A stretch of 64,000 bases of DNA from Clostridia bacterium (GCA_050952525.1 JBMNLC010000001.1:231992-295991), one strand, 5' to 3'; shown: positions 1-9,160, counted from the stretch's first letter. The notes: generated from the sequence alone by a model not told the origin. Numbers and translations: made by a program.

Positions 1-2
1 GG

Positions 3-332
3 AAAGCACTGATTATTTACGACCCCAATAACGAATACGACGCGGGCGCTATGGAGTTTCTCAACGTCGCCCTTGCGGGTATGGCGGAGAGCCTGAACCT
101 CACGCTCGACTGGTATCGGATTCTTTGGGCAAATGAGGGAGAGAGCGTTGATGAGACGGATATGGAGGATGGCATATTCAACGGTAAATGGGAAAACGGC
201 GGTCTGTGGGCGTCCGGCGCGGGAACCATACGCCTGACGCAGTTTTATGAGCAAAACGGAAAACAGTATGCTGTCGGCACGATGGATACACCCGACGGGA
301 CACCGGCGCTTGTGGCGCTGGTGCGGCCATAA
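3..332 (+). CDS. hypothetical protein, 3' end (open at window start)
   Basis: The frame of ORF 51..332 stays open back to nt 3 (KALIIYDPNNEYDAGAMEF...). No recognisable domain. Stop is TAA at 330-332. Confidence 0.45.
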   Translation, partial: KALIIYDPNNEYDAGAMEFLNVALAGMAESLNLTLDWYRILWANEGESVDETDMEDGIFNGKWENGGLWASGAGTIRLTQFYEQNGKQYAVGTMDTPDGTPALVALVRP

Positions 333-344
333 GGAGGTGTAGAG

Positions 345-1811
345 ATGGGAAAATATTGTACGAATTGCGGTAAGGAGCTTCATACCGGCGCTCGCTTCTA
401 TGCCAAATGTGGCGCAGCTGTTTTTAATGCGCCCGCGAATCCTGTTCCCGGAGCACAGTCGAAACCTGTGCAGCAGCCTCCAAAATATACCGCGCCTGTT
501 GCGACGCCAGAAAGAAAAAGTGCCGCAGCACGGAAAAGAAACGGCGGGCGCAATACACTTTGCATCGTGCTTTCCGTGTTACTCGTCATACAGACCGTGG
601 TGGTGGCCCTCTACGGCTGGCCGGGGTTTATGTTTGGCGGCAAGGGCGCGGTTGTTGAGACTGAAAAGGCGATCGCCTCCGTGGATAACGCATCGGTCAT
701 ACTGTCCGGTGTGCGCATTGATGTCAATCCCCTAAACCTCATGGACGGTGAGAAGGAACTGATCGTCAGCCGCAAAAAGCAATCGGTTGACGAAGCCACC
801 GGACTTACGGCAGTGGAATATGACATTACGCTGGGAGATATGCATCACCTTTACGCACCGCTTACGATCACCGTTCCCTACGACAAAACAACTGCCGCTG
901 GCGGTGACGTTGTATTAGAGCATTACGATAGTGATTATGCGATGTGGATCCCCCAGATTACCGTTGACAATGGCGACGGCACAGTCTCCGCAAGTCTGAT
1001 ATCCCTTTCACCCGTGAAACTCGTCTATCTCGGCGACGATTATCCTAGCAACGTATTTTACATTTCCGAAAAGGGTTCGAACTACGCAAAGATGGTGGTA
1101 AACCATCAATATTGGGATATCATTAAGAATTTACCGCGAGATGACACTAAGACAATTGTAAAAGACTTCGTAGAAAACGGGAACACGAAAAGTTCCATGC
1201 CATGGGCGGAAAACATATTCTCGCCTGAGGGCATTGACATGACCAACAACATCTATAGCATATTCGATGCGCTGGTCGACACAATGAGCTCGTTTACAGA
1301 GCTGACATTCATGCAGATGAGAGTTACCGCCGATAAGGTGTCAAAGGGCGTTTCTGTCGTCGGTCTTGGGATCTCATTGACCCAGCTGGGAATTGATCTG
1401 TATTATTCAAACGGCAATGACAGGACTGCGGCAGCAAATCTGTACAAGAATGTCTTTACAAGCAGTGGCACCTTATTTACCTATATGACCGGGTACGGAT
1501 CCCTGCCGCTTAGTGCAGCCTTTCTGGGCGTCGCAGTCCTGGCATTTGGATTGGACTATGGCGTCCAAACGGCGGAGGAGTATAAGGAGACAGTCAACAA
1601 AGCGATATTCGACCAGTATTACAAGGATTATGCGAAATTTGATGAATTGTACTGGTACAAACTTTTTGTTGATACGTACATCAAGGCATGGCAGAATGGA
1701 AAGGTGTCAGCGGAAGGGGTTGAAGCGGCATATAAAACTGTACTGGATGCGATGGAAGAAAACACCCAAAAATCTGGGCAGACGTATTCAGGGAAGGAAG
1801 CGATGCGCTGA
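345..1811 (+). CDS. zinc-ribbon membrane protein; probably the N-terminal part of a longer 345..2746 gene
   Basis: GGAGG sits upstream. N-terminal CxxC...C zinc ribbon (YCTNCGKEL...AKCGAAV), Pro-rich linker, TM helix (LCIVLSVLLVIQTVVVALYGW), and later hydrophobic segments. The downstream frame is open from 1736. Confidence 0.7.
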   Translation: MGKYCTNCGKELHTGARFYAKCGAAVFNAPANPVPGAQSKPVQQPPKYTAPVATPERKSAAARKRNGGRNTLCIVLSVLLVIQTVVVALYGWPGFMFGGKGAVVETEKAIASVDNASVILSGVRIDVNPLNLMDGEKELIVSRKKQSVDEATGLTAVEYDITLGDMHHLYAPLTITVPYDKTTAAGGDVVLEHYDSDYAMWIPQITVDNGDGTVSASLISLSPVKLVYLGDDYPSNVFYISEKGSNYAKMVVNHQYWDIIKNLPRDDTKTIVKDFVENGNTKSSMPWAENIFSPEGIDMTNNIYSIFDALVDTMSSFTELTFMQMRVTADKVSKGVSVVGLGISLTQLGIDLYYSNGNDRTAAANLYKNVFTSSGTLFTYMTGYGSLPLSAAFLGVAVLAFGLDYGVQTAEEYKETVNKAIFDQYYKDYAKFDELYWYKLFVDTYIKAWQNGKVSAEGVEAAYKTVLDAMEENTQKSGQTYSGKEAMR

Positions 1812-1900
1812 CCTTTGCAGTAGGCGAAGCCGATAAAACAAACTATTATACACCGAAGGAAGAACAGAAGGCAGAGTATATCGAGGCGTATAGAAGGTAT

Positions 1901-2746
1901 ATGAATATGCGGTTCAGGGAAAAAGTTGTACCGTGGATTGAACAGTATCTGCTCGTGCAGCAGCAGAATGCGCTATACAAATCTCTGTATAAGCTCTGCG
2001 AACCCTTCAACGAATTCTACAGCGTTCAGGTTCAGGAGATTGCACCTATAGATTCCGGTGATCCTTGCAAATATCAGGAACACACGATACGATTCGGCAA
2101 CGAAAGTGGCTTCGCCCTTATTGATATACACGACACATGGACACTGCATGCGCCGCAGGACGATGACCAATTGGCTGTCAAAAGTGAATTCACATATCTT
2201 TCATACCTTCTGGCGGGAGCGCAGGACAGGATCATGTTGTTTCCGAAAGGCAGCGACGCAACGAATCCGGAAGATGCTGTTTTGACCAAGACCTTTGACT
2301 GGGATCCAAATGACCCCTATAAGCTGTGTGTTATTGATCTTGTGGAGGTCGGCTTATCGTGGGATTTCGATTTTTACGGAGTATCGATTCCCGGCCCCAA
2401 AGGCTATCCGGTTTATGAACGAAAGACACTCACAATCGACGATTTAGCTGGTGAACCCGAGCACACAGTAGCCAGGATCATCAATATGTCCTATGACGAT
2501 TACATTGCTTACTGCAAAACAATTGTTTCGTTGCCCGGGTGGGAATATCATGAAGATTTCGAGGATGAAACGCTTGATAATTTGCCGGATGAGGCATCGA
2601 TCGGATATAAGCCTGTATATGTTACGGGCAAATTGCCGGGTCTCCCCCTTGTAACAATAGTCTATGTACCGGAGTCAAGGTTAACTGAGGATGAACCGTG
2701 GAATTTCTCATTTACTGTATACCCGGTATGGGAAGGACTGGAATGA
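1901..2746 (+). CDS. hypothetical soluble protein; likely the C-terminal continuation of 345..1811
   Basis: 281-aa ORF with no convincing SD. Its frame stays open upstream to 1736 and overlaps the end of the previous ORF across an A5 run (1767-1771). Confidence 0.55.
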   Translation: MNMRFREKVVPWIEQYLLVQQQNALYKSLYKLCEPFNEFYSVQVQEIAPIDSGDPCKYQEHTIRFGNESGFALIDIHDTWTLHAPQDDDQLAVKSEFTYLSYLLAGAQDRIMLFPKGSDATNPEDAVLTKTFDWDPNDPYKLCVIDLVEVGLSWDFDFYGVSIPGPKGYPVYERKTLTIDDLAGEPEHTVARIINMSYDDYIAYCKTIVSLPGWEYHEDFEDETLDNLPDEASIGYKPVYVTGKLPGLPLVTIVYVPESRLTEDEPWNFSFTVYPVWEGLE

Positions 2747-2905
2747 GAAAGTAAACCTGATACAGCATCACGGTGGGTTTGCGTAAAACAGGATATATGC
2801 AACACACGAGCAGTTTTATTTTGTCTGGCGTAACCCGTTGCCCGAAAGGAAAAATGTATGAATAGCAAACCAAAACGAATGATTCTGCGAATTTAATCCG
2901 TACTG

Positions 2906-3226
2906 ATGCTGCTGTGGTGCTGGGGGCTTATCAACACTGCCGCTTTGGATAACTACTTCGACTATGCAGGGGTGGGATGCTTCGCAGCCGGAATAGCGTA
3001 CACCTTTTCAATGATAACGGCTATCGCGGGGCTGGCCTTTGCGGGGCAGCCCTACCGTCATCGCTGGTGCCGGACCCTTGCCTATATCCAGCTGGCAGCG
3101 GGAGTGCTGCTGATCGCTCCCCTTCTTGCCTATGCCGTACTCACGCTGCCACCGCTTTTCCTTGTGACTGTCATATATCTGTTCGGCGTGGGCTGGCGCG
3201 AAAAGCGGGATGGCGAGCAACAATGA
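2906..3226 (+). CDS. small multi-pass membrane protein
   Basis: 106 aa, almost entirely hydrophobic helices. An in-frame ATG at 2858 with an upstream AAAGGA is separated from it by one TAA (2894-2896). Confidence 0.5.
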   Translation: MLLWCWGLINTAALDNYFDYAGVGCFAAGIAYTFSMITAIAGLAFAGQPYRHRWCRTLAYIQLAAGVLLIAPLLAYAVLTLPPLFLVTVIYLFGVGWREKRDGEQQ

Positions 3227-3239
3227 AAGGAGCATCGAG

Positions 3240-4580
3240 ATGGCAAAAAAGAAAAAGAGCAATAAGACCCCCTTGCCCATCTTAATCATTGTCTGCGCTG
3301 TGTTGCTGTATGCCATATATACCAGTATCAGTACCCTAGTACTGGCCATATGGGGCGAAAGCGTCATGGGTACGGTGGACAGCTATGGGTCGCAGTTGGT
3401 CGACAGCAAAGCGGAGCCGAACCGCTCTCGTATTGTTTACAAGGGCTATTGGTTCATGGCAAACGGCAGAATATATTGGGGCCATATGTTGTATAACAGT
3501 GATGAGGCATGGCCGAGCCTGAAGGAGGGCGAAACGCGGTCCGAGCACATCCGCTATCTTGCCGTTTTTCCGTACATCAACAAGCCTGCCATGCTGAGCG
3601 ACTTTGACGAGATGGGCGAGGGGGGTATCATCTGCCATATCTTCGCTCCTATAGGCTGCCTGTTTTTGCTGCTACTTGTTATCCGTACAAGCGGAGACAA
3701 GAAAGCAAATAAAACAGCATCGAGAAAACCCGCCACAAAATCCGCGATGCATGGGGGGCCTCATACAATCGAAGCAAGGAGTGATATGGGTATGTTTTGT
3801 CCTAATTGCGGAAACAGAATGACGGAGGGTGCAGTGTTCTGTGTGAACTGCGGCGCGAAAATACAAGCCGGTGCACCTAACATTTGCTCTGCCTGCGGCT
3901 TGGAATTACCGGAGGGGACTGCGTCTTGCATCGGCTGCGGTAAAGCGGTGAACCAGGCAGCGTCGGAACCGATGGCGGCCAGGCAAGCCGAAGCTTCTGT
4001 ACCTCCACAGGGCGACACGGGACTGGTCGGCTTTTCCGACAGGTGTTATTCGCCGGAGATACTGGCTGCAGCACAGACAAACAGGAGGATTGGAACAAAG
4101 TTTATGCTTGTGCTGGTAGTTTTACCGCTCATCGGCTTTCCTGCCGCCGGTCTGCTGATTGACGAGATGCCCTTAGGCGAAGCCGTGATAATCGGCGTTG
4201 TGCTCTCTTTTGTTATGCTGGTCATTAATCTGTTGAGACTGCGAGGATCAAAGCAGCCCATGTGGGAGGGTGTGGTCGTCAATAAGTACAGCAAAATCGA
4301 GTATAAACATCGGGAAGAGGACAGCGAAAGCTATACGGCCTTTTACACTGTTATCCGCACCGATGCGGGCAAGAAAAAGACCATCCAAGAAAGGGAGAGC
4401 AGACGGCATATGTACGATTATCTCTCCGTTGGCGACAGAGTGCGGTATCACCCAAGCTTCGGCACATACGAAAAATATGATAAATCCAGAGACCGTATCA
4501 TCTACTGCAATGTCTGTACCACGATGAACCCCATACAAAATGATCGCTGCAAGCGATGTAACAATCTGTTATTTAAATGA
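3240..4580 (+). CDS. multi-zinc-ribbon membrane protein with two DUF3592-like modules
   Basis: AAAGGAG lies 8 nt before ATG 3240. Layout is TM + beta-rich module + TM, then a double zinc ribbon (FCPNCGNRM..FCVNCGAKI; CSACGLEL..CIGCGKAV), two more TM helices, a second soluble module, and a C-terminal ribbon (CNVCTT..CKRCNN). Confidence 0.7.
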   Translation: MAKKKKSNKTPLPILIIVCAVLLYAIYTSISTLVLAIWGESVMGTVDSYGSQLVDSKAEPNRSRIVYKGYWFMANGRIYWGHMLYNSDEAWPSLKEGETRSEHIRYLAVFPYINKPAMLSDFDEMGEGGIICHIFAPIGCLFLLLLVIRTSGDKKANKTASRKPATKSAMHGGPHTIEARSDMGMFCPNCGNRMTEGAVFCVNCGAKIQAGAPNICSACGLELPEGTASCIGCGKAVNQAASEPMAARQAEASVPPQGDTGLVGFSDRCYSPEILAAAQTNRRIGTKFMLVLVVLPLIGFPAAGLLIDEMPLGEAVIIGVVLSFVMLVINLLRLRGSKQPMWEGVVVNKYSKIEYKHREEDSESYTAFYTVIRTDAGKKKTIQERESRRHMYDYLSVGDRVRYHPSFGTYEKYDKSRDRIIYCNVCTTMNPIQNDRCKRCNNLLFK

Positions 4581-4587
4581 GGAGGAT

Positions 4588-5468
4588 GATTGTAATGGAA
4601 AGATTTCGGATAAGGTGAATATATTTGACCCAAAATTTAAGGAAGCTATGCAGACAATCATAGAACTATGGAAAACAGAACAACGCCACCATACAGAGTC
4701 TCCATACAGCTTCTTGAGATTACAAGAGGGTAGTGTAGAACACGGACAGCTATATAACGGCGGCAAAGGTATGCCTGTAAACTATACGGGAATGACCTGG
4801 TCGGGGTTTAGACCCAGTGATGATGCCTGCACCTTTGGCTACTTAATTCCATCCAATATGTTTGCAGTAACGGTCCTTAAGTATATGGAGGAGATTGCAG
4901 AGACTGTGTATAAGGATGACGCTCTCAAAAAATCTGCCGCCATTCTGGGTAAAGAAATTGATTATGGCATCAAGACCTATGGAATATACCATTATCCAAA
5001 GTGGGGGAAAATATATGCTTACGAAACCGATGGCTTTGGAAATTATATTTTATGGATGATGCCAATGTACCCAGCCTCCTTTCAGCACCTTATTTAGGCT
5101 ATACTACACCCCAGGATCCCATATACCAAAACACAAGGAAATTCATCCTAAGTAAGGGCAACCCATATTATTATGAGGGGAAATATGCTAAAGGAATAGG
5201 AAGTCCCCATACACCTAAGAACTATGTCTGGCACATCTCCCTTTCTATGCAGGGATTAACATCGGAAGGCAGAGATGAAATAGAGGCCATCATAAACCTC
5301 TTTGAAACCACTCATGGAGGCACTTATTACATGCATGAAGGATTTGATGTGGATAACCCCAACAACTTTACACGGCATTGGTTTGCCTGGGCGAACTCCA
5401 TATTTGGAGAGTTTATATATAAGACTGTGACTGAGACGGACATATTGTCCAACGTCTCCGCCAAATAA
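4588..5468 (+). pseudogene. glycoside hydrolase family 125 (metal-independent alpha-1,6-mannosidase), 5'-truncated and frameshifted
   Basis: Motifs GMTWSGFRPSDDAC, YAYETDGFGN, MDDANVPSLLS.PYLGY and FAWANSIFGEF match GH125/DUF1237 as I recall it. Only about 290 of roughly 430 aa are present. The frame switches at the T4 run 5048-5051 (ORFs 4540..5097 and 5001..5468). Confidence 0.75.
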
Positions 5469-5503
5469 AAGGGGTTTGTAGCAAATTAGACCCTAAACAA
5501 AAA

Positions 5504-5537
5504 GCAGATGAGAATCAATCTTTTGATTTTCATCTGC
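5504..5537. terminator. bidirectional rho-independent terminator between convergent genes
   Basis: 15-bp stem (GCAGATGAGAATCAA / TTGATTTTCATCTGC) with a 4-nt loop. An A-tract lies upstream and a T-tract downstream. Confidence 0.65.
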
Positions 5538-5618
5538 CTTTTATATGGAAAAGCGGAACTGATAAGAATTACCGTATAATCGATGGCAATCAATTACCAA
5601 TCCTTTTATCTTTTAGGC

Positions 5619-6531
5619 TTACCATGTAATTTCATCCGGATTGGCAGAGTAACCGACACAACCCTTCAGGTTGGAAATCAGCTCTACATCCGATTCATCA
5701 AGTTCAAAATCAAATACATCCGCATTTTCTCTGATCCTTGACGGTGTAACGGATTTTGGCAGTGGTAAGTATCCCCTTTGCAGGCTCCAACGAATGGCAA
5801 TCTGTGCGATCGTTTTACCGTATTTCTCAGCCAGGGCTTTCATTTCAGGCACTTCAAATATTTTTCCAACACCTAAGGGACTGTAAGCCTCCAGCAGAAT
5901 GTTATGGGAGCGGCAGTAATCAACTACCTCATCCTGGGTATCCCCAGGGCAAAGGCGTATTTGATTTACCATGGGAGGGATGGTGGCGGTCTTCATCAAT
6001 TCCTCGATATGATGGGGGTGGAAATTGCTGATTCCGATAGCCCGGATGCGTTTGGCCTTATACAATTCCTCGAAAGCCTTCCATGTACCTGCATTCGCTT
6101 CTTGCCAGTTATCACGGAATGCGATGGGGTTGGGCCAATGAATCAGATAAAGATCCAGATAATCCATATCCAGCCTTTTCATTGTTCCTTCAAAAGCAGC
6201 CATCGTCCTTTCATAACCATGGTCGTCATTGGCGAGTTTGGAGGTGATGAATATTTCTTCACGCTTTATGCCGCTTTTCTTTACAGCTATGCCAACGCTT
6301 TCCTCGTTTCCATAACCTTGTGCCGTGTCGATATGACGGTATCCGGCCTCAAGGGCGCTTAAAACGGCTGAAACGGCTACCTCTCCATCTAGGGGTTTGC
6401 CATGTACCAAAGCCTATGCAGGGGATTTCTACCCCATTGGACAGAGTGTAAGTATCAGTCAGGGACTTTAACTTCATTAGTAATACCTCCTTATAATAGG
6501 GTGTTTCTTTACATGTAGCAAACATTGCCAT
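5619..6531 (-). pseudogene. aldo/keto reductase (2,5-diketo-D-gluconate reductase-like), frameshifted as assembled
   Basis: The N-terminal piece (SNGVEIPCIGFGTWQTP) and the remainder (AGYRHIDTAQGYGNEE..FITSKL..LIHWP) are in different frames. The junction is at the G4/C4 run 6392-6395. Confidence 0.8.
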
Positions 6532-6698
6532 AATGTAATTATAAACCTTATTGTCAATATTAAACCAGGGGAAAGTTTAAAACTTTGGGGATGATTAATG
6601 GAATACTCGGTGTTTGTGCTTTTCTTGGTTTTTTTGCATTTATATGGTAAAATGAATAAGTGAGATTCCGATTTTTTTATTTGAGGGGCTAATAACTA

Positions 6699-7511
6699 AT
6701 GGATTATCAATACTTAATAGATGGGATAAGAAGATACGGCTCTACTGAGGAAGATATTTGTCTTCATGGTTTAGGAGTATCTACAAATCAAGTGAATGAA
6801 AATATTGTAATTGCTCCTTGGTGGGAGCCTTCTGCTCTTGAAAAACTGGGTGAAGCGGAATATTTGAGTGAATCCCCATCCTCTGCTGTAAAAGTATGGA
6901 ACATTAGGAAGAAGGATTTACAATTCACATATATCAAAACCGGCATTGGAGCTCCAGTATTAATGGATGCAGTGCTTTCTTTAGGAGTTACACGATGTAA
7001 GCGGGCAGTATTCATTGGTTCTGTTGGTTCCCTTGATGAAAAAATCGGAATCGGTGATATTGTAATTCCGGAATACAGCATTTGCGGCGATGGTGCGAGC
7101 CGGTATATTGCTACAGAATCATTGAAGAACGATATTTTTGGCGAAAAAGCATATCCTGATAAAGATTTATTTAGGATCTTATACAATAATACAGAGCAAG
7201 TATGCAATATCAACAATGTTCGATTCCATACAGGAAGAACTTTTAGCATTGATACCATTTTTGCACAGTATTCTCATATTGATGAAATAATCGGCATGGG
7301 TTGTAATGTTATAGAAATGGAAACAGCTGCAGCATTTAGAGCGGCTAAAATTGCTGGCATTTCTCTTGCAGCACTTTTCAGTGTTTCAGATAACACGGTA
7401 ACAAACAAATCCTTGATAAGCGGTAGAACTGAAGAAGAAATGCAATATCGTAGATATACGAGAAGAGTAGTTTTTCCAGAAATTATTTTAAATACATTTA
7501 ACTCTATGTGA
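6699..7511 (+). CDS. nucleoside phosphorylase family protein (PNP_UDP_1 superfamily)
   Basis: FIGSVGSLDEKIGIGDIVIP and NVIEMETAAAF..SDN motifs are typical of purine/uridine phosphorylase-fold enzymes. Confidence 0.7.
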   Translation: MDYQYLIDGIRRYGSTEEDICLHGLGVSTNQVNENIVIAPWWEPSALEKLGEAEYLSESPSSAVKVWNIRKKDLQFTYIKTGIGAPVLMDAVLSLGVTRCKRAVFIGSVGSLDEKIGIGDIVIPEYSICGDGASRYIATESLKNDIFGEKAYPDKDLFRILYNNTEQVCNINNVRFHTGRTFSIDTIFAQYSHIDEIIGMGCNVIEMETAAAFRAAKIAGISLAALFSVSDNTVTNKSLISGRTEEEMQYRRYTRRVVFPEIILNTFNSM

Positions 7512-7693
7512 TAGGTGAATAAGATGGAGATTGATGGTGTTGTGTCATTAAAAGGACGGTTGGTCGATCAACTGTCCTTTACCTATTTTTTATGCCTTTC
7601 TAATGGTTGTCACGGAACATGATGACCTATACCCGATTTGATAGACACACAGTTAAGCTGGTATAATAAAACCAGAAAGGAAGAGTGTCTACA

Positions 7694-7927
7694 ATGGCAA
7701 AGCAAAGGAGAAAGTATACTCCGGAATTCAAGGAGGAAATCGTAAAGCTGATAACAGAGCAAGGGAAAACCGCAGCTGAAGTATCAAGGGATATCGAGGT
7801 ACACGCCGGTGTAATACGACGGTGGGTTAAAACCTATACAGAGGAAGGTCTTAAAGGGTTTCCGGGCAAAGGTCGGTTGCGGCCGGAAGATGCTGAATAT
7901 AAAGCTCTTCAAAAGGAACTGCGATGA
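7694..7927 (+). CDS. IS3-family transposase OrfA (HTH); extra frameshift near its 3' end as assembled
   Basis: KQRRKYTPEFKEEIVKL...GKTAAEVSRDIEV..IRRWVK. The expected C-terminus (ILREENAILKKAVAIFTRPTK) lies in the -1 frame after the A4 run 7911-7914. Confidence 0.8.
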   Translation: MAKQRRKYTPEFKEEIVKLITEQGKTAAEVSRDIEVHAGVIRRWVKTYTEEGLKGFPGKGRLRPEDAEYKALQKELR

Positions 7928-8864
7928 TCTTACGGGAAGAGAACGCTATATTAAAAAAAGCTGTTGCCATCTTCACAAGACCCACGAAATGAAGTATCGC
8001 TTCATTCATGATCACCGCTTAGAGTTTCGTGTGGAGAAGATGTGCAATGTATTAGGGGTACCCCGAAGCGGTTACTACGCATGGATTGACCGCCCTGTAA
8101 GCCGTAGGGATCTGGAAGATGAGAAACTGCTGTTTCATATAAAGCAGATCCATAAAGAAAGCAATGGCACATATGGCATACTTCGTATGACGAAGGCATT
8201 AAAAAGGCGGAATATCCATTGCGGTAAGAACCGTGTGGCAAAAGTAATGAGGAAGAATAATATCATCTGTCGCACACGGCGAAAATACAAGGCAACGACT
8301 AACTCAAAGCATAATTATCCTGTTGCACCCAATCTACTGGGTCAGAGCTTTTACGTAGAGGCACCCAATACGGTTTGGGTAGGTGATATCACCTATATAG
8401 GAACAGAGCAAGGTTGGCTGTATTTAGCGGCTGTGGAGGATTTATTCAACAGGAAAGTAATCGGTTGGTCAATGAGCGATGCCATGCCCACGGAGCTCAC
8501 AGCATCCGCTCTTGAGATGGCTGTGGGACGCCGCAATCCTTCGGCAGGACTGATATTCCATTCGGATCGGGGTGTCCAGTATGCCTCATATAAGTACCAG
8601 CAGCTGCTACGTGACAAGAAAATGATTCAGAGTATGAGCCGTAAAGGTGATTGCTACGATAATGCCTGTGCAGAATCCTTCTTTGCTACCTTAAAAAAAG
8701 AGCTGATTCATGGGAGAAAGTTCAAAACACGGGCTGAAGCTAAACAAGCTGTATTCCAGTATATAGAGATCTGGTATAACAGTAGGCGTCTTCACTCATC
8801 CTTGGGGTATATGTCTCCAAATGAGTTCGAGTACAAATATCATAATCGATCAGCAGTTGCATAA
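7890..8864 (+). CDS. IS3-family transposase OrfB (DDE/rve integrase core); normally made as an OrfAB fusion
   Basis: VWVGDITYI...HSDRGVQY...DNACAESFF..LK.E is the DDE(35)E core. The real entry point is the slippery A7G at 7953-7960, not the listed ATG. Confidence 0.85.
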   Translation: MLNIKLFKRNCDDLTGRERYIKKSCCHLHKTHEMKYRFIHDHRLEFRVEKMCNVLGVPRSGYYAWIDRPVSRRDLEDEKLLFHIKQIHKESNGTYGILRMTKALKRRNIHCGKNRVAKVMRKNNIICRTRRKYKATTNSKHNYPVAPNLLGQSFYVEAPNTVWVGDITYIGTEQGWLYLAAVEDLFNRKVIGWSMSDAMPTELTASALEMAVGRRNPSAGLIFHSDRGVQYASYKYQQLLRDKKMIQSMSRKGDCYDNACAESFFATLKKELIHGRKFKTRAEAKQAVFQYIEIWYNSRRLHSSLGYMSPNEFEYKYHNRSAVA

Positions 8865-8893
8865 ATGGTCGATAGGCAGCCCTAAAGTATCAT

Positions 8894-9062
8894 GCCGTTT
8901 ATGCCGCGAAAGCTCTCTTTATTTGGAGAGCACGACATGTTAGGCTTTTTGCCGGGCATTCCAATCCCTCAGAGCCCCGCTGCTTGTTCAGTGGGATGGC
9001 CGTAATGCCGTACAACATGTCGTGAGAGGCTCAATGTAAAGAGAGTCGTGGAATAAATGCGG
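8894..9062. repeat. imperfect palindromic rod-like element (MITE or structured-RNA candidate)
   Basis: Nested complementary arms: 8913-8921/9037-9045 (9 bp), 8931-8941/9014-9024 (11 bp), 8955-8960/9004-9009 (6 bp), 8961-8968/8993-8999 (7 bp plus a bulge). No coding frame is open. Confidence 0.4.
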
Positions 9063-9160
9063 AACCAAAGTTGGCATTACAGGTGTAATAGCAATCATGC
9101 GAAATCCAGAGAAAACAAGCTTATTTGTATGTCTAAATAACCGGGGACAGAACACACTCT

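Larger units (their letters stand above)
7623..8878 (+). mobile_element. IS3-family insertion sequence (copy 1); ends tentative
   Basis: orfA/orfB organisation with an A7G slippery site at 7953-7960. A tentative imperfect inverted repeat is TGACCTATACCCGATTT (7623-) against the reverse complement of ...AAATGGTCGATAGGCA (-8878). No matching 3-bp target duplication was found. Confidence 0.75.

Noticed and set aside
8894-9062. Rod-like element as 6S RNA, retron msr/msd, group II intron fragment or TnpB/IscB guide RNA.
   Set aside because: No reverse transcriptase, tnpB/iscB or intron ORF is nearby. There is no group II domain V or 5' GUGCG signature. I cannot show a 6S-type central bubble. It is kept only as a generic MITE or structured-RNA candidate.
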